A DNA stretch of 63,898 nucleotides, counting the filler, from Octopus bimaculoides (lineage: Eukaryota), in assembly GCF_001194135.2 (NCBI RefSeq). It is 7 parts of 7 records of this genome, joined end to end, with 100 filler letters (N's around TTAATTAATTAA, not from the genome) between each part and the next. Parts side by side here need not be neighbours in the genome. Positions count along the whole stretch, not along the records: positions 62,400 to 63,898 come from NW_026406725.1; 6 more parts are not named here. The stretch is one strand, 5' to 3'. The position numbers and the translations under genes are program-made. The notes under the pieces are model-generated. The model did no database searches, was not told where the DNA came from, and was given only the letters and a program-made list of their open reading frames with translations. This document shows, in pieces, positions 63,034 through 63,898 of this stretch. Positions within the stretch are counted from its first letter, which is position 1; the number at the start of each line of letters is the position of its first letter.

Positions 63034-63898
63034 TTGTTACAACAGTACATTAATTTTTCTTCAGAATATGTATATCTATAAGGAATTAAATAAAATCCTT
63101 AATTCTCACAATAATATAGAATGAAAATGTAGCGCCATACGCTATAAATATACATGTGCTTCACTATTGCATGAAAGACATCAACATATAAGACCTTCTG
63201 TATATTCGAAATACATTAAAATGTTGCACAAATATTTTGTAAATGACGGCCCTATATATTTGCAAATCTGTGAAACCCATTATCAATCGGAAAGTAGCGA
63301 ATGATGCCCAACAAGGTAAGAGGAAATGTAAAAAGAATTGGAGTAGTGGAGAGAGAGGTGGGGGATGAATCTCTCAAATTCTGTTCTTTTATTCAGGTCA
63401 ACCAAATGAATTAATATCTCCATGAGTTGGTGGCGGCGGCGGGTGATACAAAGAAGAGATTTTACAGTCATGTTTTTTGTATCTCTTATTTATTGAATCC
63501 TGGGTGGTCATGAACCACCAAAGGTTTGATGCTGGTTGTCGGATATTCTAAACGAATCGAATGGTTTCACATTCACACGCGCGCGCGCGCGCGTTCAGGC
63601 ACGCATATATGTGTGTGAGTGAGCTGTGTTTATATGTATGTATACCAATATCTATCTATGAGGATAGCAACATCTTTATCAACATTTGTGAATATATATA
63701 TATATATACATACACAAATAACATGTGAGTATATGCATATATACCTACATGTGTGTACATACCTACATCTACATGTATATATAGATGCATATCTGGGTAC
63801 AGGACATTGCAAAAAACATACGTGAACAAAATGAGAAACAGAACATAGACAGAGCACAGAAAACACACAGGCCACATAGAGAAAATTTCCTTCATCAG

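Noticed and set aside
63574-63594. (CG)n Z-DNA-prone run
   Set aside because: Short and embedded in CA-type microsatellite drift; no further support.
832-63895. Long ORF-track entries rich in CV, HT, YI, poly-L/I/M/H/D or X
   Set aside because: Translations of microsatellites and N gaps, with no coding signal.

Overview
Repeat-dense, AT-rich, heavily gapped animal genomic scaffold. The SINE, MITE and microsatellite repertoire looks cephalopod (Octopus-like); this is inferred from pattern recognition, not a database search. No intact host protein-coding gene, rRNA, true tRNA or CRISPR array can be supported. Nearly all ORF-track entries are microsatellite or N-gap read-throughs or broken transposon frames. 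Recognisable content: (i) a 12.2-16.8 kb cluster of R4/Dong-clade non-LTR retrotransposon pieces (RT plus C-terminal restriction-like endonuclease) bounded by TAA/TTA microsatellites; (ii) a decayed Penelope-like element (RT plus GIY-YIG) at 47.4-49.5 kb and a second open PLE RT fragment at 60 kb; (iii) three mariner transposase remnants, several MITE families and RTE 3' fragments; (iv) many copies of about four tRNA-head or LINE-tail SINE-like families; (v) short hammerhead-ribozyme-like motifs. The most interesting signals are a structurally complete minimal type-I hammerhead at 47103-47148 (minus strand, antisense to the adjacent PLE ORF) and a ~370-bp palindromic element at 5990-6356 whose two arms each carry a variant hammerhead motif (CUGUUGA core), with further solo copies at 8.1 kb and 52.8 kb. 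This may be a non-autonomous ribozyme-bearing (retrozyme-like) family. TTAATTAATTAA words inside N runs are assembly artefacts.
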